Origin: Clostridia bacterium
GTDB taxonomy: Bacteria; Bacillota; Clostridia; Monoglobales; Monoglobaceae
Direction of reading: 5' to 3'
Length of the DNA stretch: 64,000 bases
Assembly (NCBI GenBank): GCA_045661045.1
Contig: JAZREZ010000051.1
Span: 23,903 to 87,902, forward strand
Part shown: positions 60,309 through 64,000 of the stretch, in pieces
Layout of the letters: every line of letters begins with the position of its first letter
How positions within the stretch are numbered: the first letter of the stretch is position 1
Made by a program: the position numbers and the translations under genes
Notes under the pieces: model-generated
The model's database searches: none
Told to the model about the DNA's origin: nothing
Seen by the model: only the letters and a program-made list of their open reading frames with translations

Positions 60309-60983
60309 ATGAGTGAAAACGCAAATCTTGTAACTTTTCAGGATATAGTAAAAAACTCTGAGATAAAAACCTATTTGGAAAAGGGCGACAAGTATATCGG
60401 TACACTGGGATATACCGACCATTCTTTGCTTCACGCTCAGCGTGCCGCAAAGATTGCTCATATGATTCTTACATCATTAAACTTTGATAAACGCACAGCA
60501 GAACTTGCAAGGATTGCGGGATATATGCACGATATCGGCAATGTAGTCAATCGTGTTGACCACGCTCAAAGCAGTGCGGTTATTGCCTTTAATATTCTTA
60601 CCCGTCTTGGTATGTCGCCCAACGAAATTGCAAAAATCGTTGCAGCAATCGGTAACCACGATGAAGGTACGGGCACTCCCGTCAATCAGATTGCGGCGGC
60701 TCTTATTCTCGCAGACAAAACCGATGTAAGACGGAGCCGTGTAAGAAATCGTGAGGCGGCAGAATTTGATATTCACGACAGAGTGAATTTCGCCGCAACT
60801 CAGGCGGATGTTTCGGTTCTTCCCGACAAAACAATCTGTCTTAACCTTACGATTGACACCGAAATCTGTTCCCTTATGGATTATTTCGAGATATTCTCAA
60901 GCAGAATGCTTATGTCAAGGCGTGCCGCTGATTTTCTCGGCACAAAATTCAGTCTTATCATAAATGACACTAAAATTATTTAA
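60309..60983 (+). CDS. HD-domain metal-dependent phosphohydrolase
   Basis: LLHAQRAA, GYMHDIGN and GNHDEG motifs. Confidence 0.7.
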   Translation: MSENANLVTFQDIVKNSEIKTYLEKGDKYIGTLGYTDHSLLHAQRAAKIAHMILTSLNFDKRTAELARIAGYMHDIGNVVNRVDHAQSSAVIAFNILTRLGMSPNEIAKIVAAIGNHDEGTGTPVNQIAAALILADKTDVRRSRVRNREAAEFDIHDRVNFAATQADVSVLPDKTICLNLTIDTEICSLMDYFEIFSSRMLMSRRAADFLGTKFSLIINDTKII

Positions 60984-61010
60984 ATTTTATTAACATTTCG
61001 ACAAATACCC

Positions 61011-61039
61011 TTGACTTAAATACCTTAAAAGGTTATAAT
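61011..61039 (+). promoter_or_regulatory. SigA-type promoter for secDF: TTGACT, 17-bp spacer, TATAAT
   Basis: Reads TTGACTtaaataccttaaaaggtTATAAT. Confidence 0.6.
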
Positions 61040-61123
61040 TGACCCTTGGTAGTGTTTCAAACTTAGTAAAAAATTAAATTCACATAATTTACGGGGCTTG
61101 CCCCATACGAAGGAGGAAAAAAA

Positions 61124-62449
61124 GTGTCCAAAAGTATAGTTAAATTTGCAGCTATTATTCTTGTAATCGTTGCACTTCTTTACGTTGGCGTGTTCGGCGT
61201 CAATATTTCGGACAAATTTCAAATCCCGGGTGTGCAGAACGGCGTTACTCTGGGACTTGACTTAAAAGGTGGTACTGTAATAGTTTATAAAGCTCAGACA
61301 GAAAACCCCACAGACGAAGATATGGAAATCGTTGTTAATATGCTCAGAACAAGACTTGACAGTCAGGGTCTTACTGAAGCTACAATTACCCGTCAGGGTG
61401 TTGACAAGGTTCGTGTAGAACTTCCCGATGTTCACGATGCTAAAAATGCAGTTGAAACACTCGGTGCTACCGCTCAGCTTTTATTTGTTGAGAATGTAAC
61501 TATGGACCCCGAAAATCCAAACAAGGTAATCGTTGACCCAAACGATGTTGTTATGGAAGGTTCACAGGTTAAGAACGCATCTGTTCAGTACGGTCAGACA
61601 TCTGACGGAATGAGTGCAAGCTCTAACTACATTGAGCTTGAGCTTAATGACGAGGGCAGAGAAAAATTTGCAGCAGCTACAGGAAGATTAGTTGGAAGTC
61701 CTATTTACATAGTAATGGACAACACACTTCTCTCAGCTCCTACTGTTCAGCAGAAAATCGATAGCAATACTTGTGTGATTACAGGTGAATTTACTCCCGA
61801 ATCTGCAAAGTCACTTGCAGCTAACATTAAATCGGGTAAGCTTCCTTTCTCACTTGAACAGGTTGAGGTAAGAACAGTTACCGCAACACTTGGCGATGAA
61901 GCGTTAAACAATGCAATCCTTGCCGGTATTATAGGTCTTATCCTTGTAATGCTCTTTATGCTTTTGATTTACAGAATCCCCGGTTTCGTTGCATCTATCG
62001 CACTTTCTGCCTACCTTGCTATCGTTTTGATTATTCTTGCAAACTTTAACATAAACTTAACACTTCCGGGTATTGCAGGTATTATTTTATCAGTAGGTAT
62101 GGCAGTTGATGCTAATGTTGTTATCTTTGAGCGTATCAAAGAAGAGCTTCGTCTTGGCAAAACTGTACGCAGTGCCGTTGATGCAGGCTTTAACCGTGCT
62201 CTTACTGCAGTTATCGACTCTAACATTACAACTATCATTTCTGCAGTTATTCTCTGGTGGCTTGGAACAGGTACTATCAAAGGCTTCGGTATCACACTCT
62301 TCATAGGTATCGTTGTTTCAATGCTTACTGCAATCTTTGTTACAAGATTCTTGCTTAAACAGATGATTGGTATGAATGTTAAGAACCTTTGGCTTTACGG
62401 CATCAACAAAAAGTCAGCAAATGTAGAAATGAAAGGAGGCAAAGCATAA
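61124..62449 (+). CDS. secD: Protein translocase subunit SecD
   Basis: GTG start behind GAAGGAGG. It has LGLDLKGG, SGKLPFSL, and a C-terminal six-TM block with GMAVDANVVIFERIKEE. Confidence 0.9.
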   Translation: MSKSIVKFAAIILVIVALLYVGVFGVNISDKFQIPGVQNGVTLGLDLKGGTVIVYKAQTENPTDEDMEIVVNMLRTRLDSQGLTEATITRQGVDKVRVELPDVHDAKNAVETLGATAQLLFVENVTMDPENPNKVIVDPNDVVMEGSQVKNASVQYGQTSDGMSASSNYIELELNDEGREKFAAATGRLVGSPIYIVMDNTLLSAPTVQQKIDSNTCVITGEFTPESAKSLAANIKSGKLPFSLEQVEVRTVTATLGDEALNNAILAGIIGLILVMLFMLLIYRIPGFVASIALSAYLAIVLIILANFNINLTLPGIAGIILSVGMAVDANVVIFERIKEELRLGKTVRSAVDAGFNRALTAVIDSNITTIISAVILWWLGTGTIKGFGITLFIGIVVSMLTAIFVTRFLLKQMIGMNVKNLWLYGINKKSANVEMKGGKA

Positions 62450-63414
62450 TGAAAATTATGAAAAACAAATGGATATTCATTGGTATCTCAATTATTCTCA
62501 TTCTTGCCTCTGCCGCTTCTTTAATTTTGCAGGGATTTGTGCTTGATACCGACTTTGCAGGCGGTATGGCAGTAACTTATACAATTAATGCAGATTTCAC
62601 TACATCTGATATTCAGGCTATCGCAAACGAAGCACTTGGTCAGAACCAGAGTCCTTCTTCCGTTCAGCAGTCAGGAAATGATGTTATTATCAAATTCGGT
62701 TTTGATAACTCGCTCACTACTGACGAAGAACGCAGCGACTTCGCTTTTGAAAAGATTACTGCAATTACAGCAGGTCTTGAAGCTAAGTATGGTAAAGCAA
62801 TAGATGCAACCCAGACAGAAGAAGCAACAGAAGAACCCACAGAAGAAGCTCCTGCTGAAGAAGCTCCCGTTATGCTTATCGGTCAGGACATCGTTTCTCC
62901 CTCAACGGGTAAAGAACTTGCACAGAGCGCTATCTGGATGTCAATCCTTGCTTGTATTGCAATTCTTCTTTATGTAACAGTTCGTTTTGATTTTGCATCA
63001 GGTGCAGTTGCAATCCTCGCTCTTGTTCACGATGTACTTATCCTTATGGGTATTTACTCTATCTTAAGAGTTTCTATTGATACAAACTTCATTGCGGCAA
63101 TTCTCACCGTTCTCGGTTATTCTATCAATAACACAATCGTTATTATGGACAGAATCAGAGAGAACACAAGACACGCAAGAAAGGAAACCTATTCACAGAT
63201 TGCTGAAAAGAGTGTCCTTCAGACAATGAATCGTTCTATCAATACATCAATTACAACACTTCTTACAATCGGTATGGTTTATATACTCGGCGTTCCTTCA
63301 ATTCAGGTATTCGCTCTTCCGATTATCATTGGTATCGTAATTGGTTTCTACTCATCAGTATTCGTTGCAGGTCCCCTCTGGGCAACCTGGAAGGATGCAG
63401 GTGTAAAGAAATAA
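62449..63414 (+). CDS. secF: Protein translocase subunit SecF
   Basis: ATG overlaps the secD TAA by 1 nt (MKIMKNKWIFIG). It has GYSINNTIVIMDRIREN. The upstream extension in the ORF track is discarded. Confidence 0.9.
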   Translation: MKIMKNKWIFIGISIILILASAASLILQGFVLDTDFAGGMAVTYTINADFTTSDIQAIANEALGQNQSPSSVQQSGNDVIIKFGFDNSLTTDEERSDFAFEKITAITAGLEAKYGKAIDATQTEEATEEPTEEAPAEEAPVMLIGQDIVSPSTGKELAQSAIWMSILACIAILLYVTVRFDFASGAVAILALVHDVLILMGIYSILRVSIDTNFIAAILTVLGYSINNTIVIMDRIRENTRHARKETYSQIAEKSVLQTMNRSINTSITTLLTIGMVYILGVPSIQVFALPIIIGIVIGFYSSVFVAGPLWATWKDAGVKK

Positions 63415-63424
63415 AAAATGACAC

Positions 63425-63461
63425 AAAAAGACCTCTGTTTTTAAAACAGAGGTCTTTTTTT
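63425..63461. terminator. Bidirectional intrinsic terminator
   Basis: AAAAAGACCTCTGTTTT-taaa-AACAGAGGTCTTTTTTT. Confidence 0.85.
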
Positions 63462-64000
63462 AAATTACATACAACAAGATAAATAAAAAATGTAATATAC
63501 TGCCGATTACACAAAAGATATGAAATACTGAATGAAACCACTTCTTCTTACTTCCTATTCCATAAAGTATTGCACCTAATGTATACGCAATTCCTCCCCA
63601 CAGAAGCAGATAAAATCCCGTCATTCCTATAAGCGTAATAATCAGCTTTATTTTTGCAATTATGCACCATCCCATAACAAGATAGCATATCATCGAAAAA
63701 ACCTGAAACTTTTTTAAATCAATCGAATTAAGTATTATTCCTAAAATCGCAAGTCCCCATATAATCCAGAAATATGACCATCCAAGCGTCGCACTTGCCT
63801 CTCTTAAAGTACAGAGTACAGCTGGTGTATATGTTCCTGCAATCAGTATAAATATCGAACAATGGTCAATTACCTGAAAGACTTTTTTTGCCATTGTTTC
63901 AGGATTTAGTCCGTGATAAATACTTGACATTGTATAAAGCACAAGCATTGTAATCCCGAATATTACACCCGATACAACTCCGTAAGCATTTTTTGCAAAA
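63460..64000 (-). CDS. Hemolysin III / PAQR family membrane protein, C-terminal part (gene continues past the window end)
   Basis: The frame stays open to position 64000. Seven-TM family motifs are present: DHCSIFILIAGTYTP and HSVFHIFCVIGSILHF. Confidence 0.75.
   Translation of the reverse strand, partial: FAKNAYGVVSGVIFGITMLVLYTMSSIYHGLNPETMAKKVFQVIDHCSIFILIAGTYTPAVLCTLREASATLGWSYFWIIWGLAILGIILNSIDLKKFQVFSMICYLVMGWCIIAKIKLIITLIGMTGFYLLLWGGIAYTLGAILYGIGSKKKWFHSVFHIFCVIGSILHFLFILLYVI

Noticed and set aside
62806-62870. Acidic Glu/Pro/Thr-rich insertion in SecF (TQTEEATEEPTEEAPAEEAP).
   Set aside because: It is a low-complexity linker in the periplasmic loop. This region is common and variable in SecF proteins, so it is not evidence of a separate feature.

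Overview
This window is a low-GC chromosomal segment that looks like it comes from an endospore-forming member of the Clostridia (sigG, spoIID, ytfI/ytfJ and DUF421/DUF4363 are present). I support about 63 protein genes and one tRNA. I saw no rRNA, CRISPR array, transposase, integrase, phage genes or defence-island signature.

The content is almost entirely core housekeeping:
- Translation termination and secretion: secA-prfB-prfA-tsaC, and yajC ... secD-secF.
- Chromosome segregation: scpA-scpB.
- Lysine/DAP synthesis at three loci: lysA; ddh; asd-dapA-dapB-ACT.
- Oxidative TCA branch with rex: acn-icd-rex, plus gltA.
- A long minus-strand operon: asp23-nusB-xseA-xseB-ispA-DUF212-thrS.
- An amino-acid ABC transporter.
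- Queuosine genes: queA-tgt.
- A purine operon: purL-punA-luxS-purE-purM-purN-purO-purH.

I do not see a convincing wholly new multi-gene system. These items deserve a second look:
1. The programmed +1 frameshift site of prfB carries TAG instead of the canonical TGA, and prfA lies 15 nt downstream.
2. A 47-codon six-cysteine SCIFF precursor, absent from the ORF track, sits with an attenuator hairpin in front of its radical-SAM/SPASM maturase.
3. A 106-codon reading frame is broken by a single in-frame TAA, next to a tandem-OB SSB-like gene.
4. A hairpin-rich leader lies upstream of scpA.
5. A perfect Rex-box-like palindrome sits on a MATE gene promoter.
6. Several candidate sporulation-sigma promoters are present.

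All calls come from reading translated motifs and sequence patterns by eye. No database search was run.
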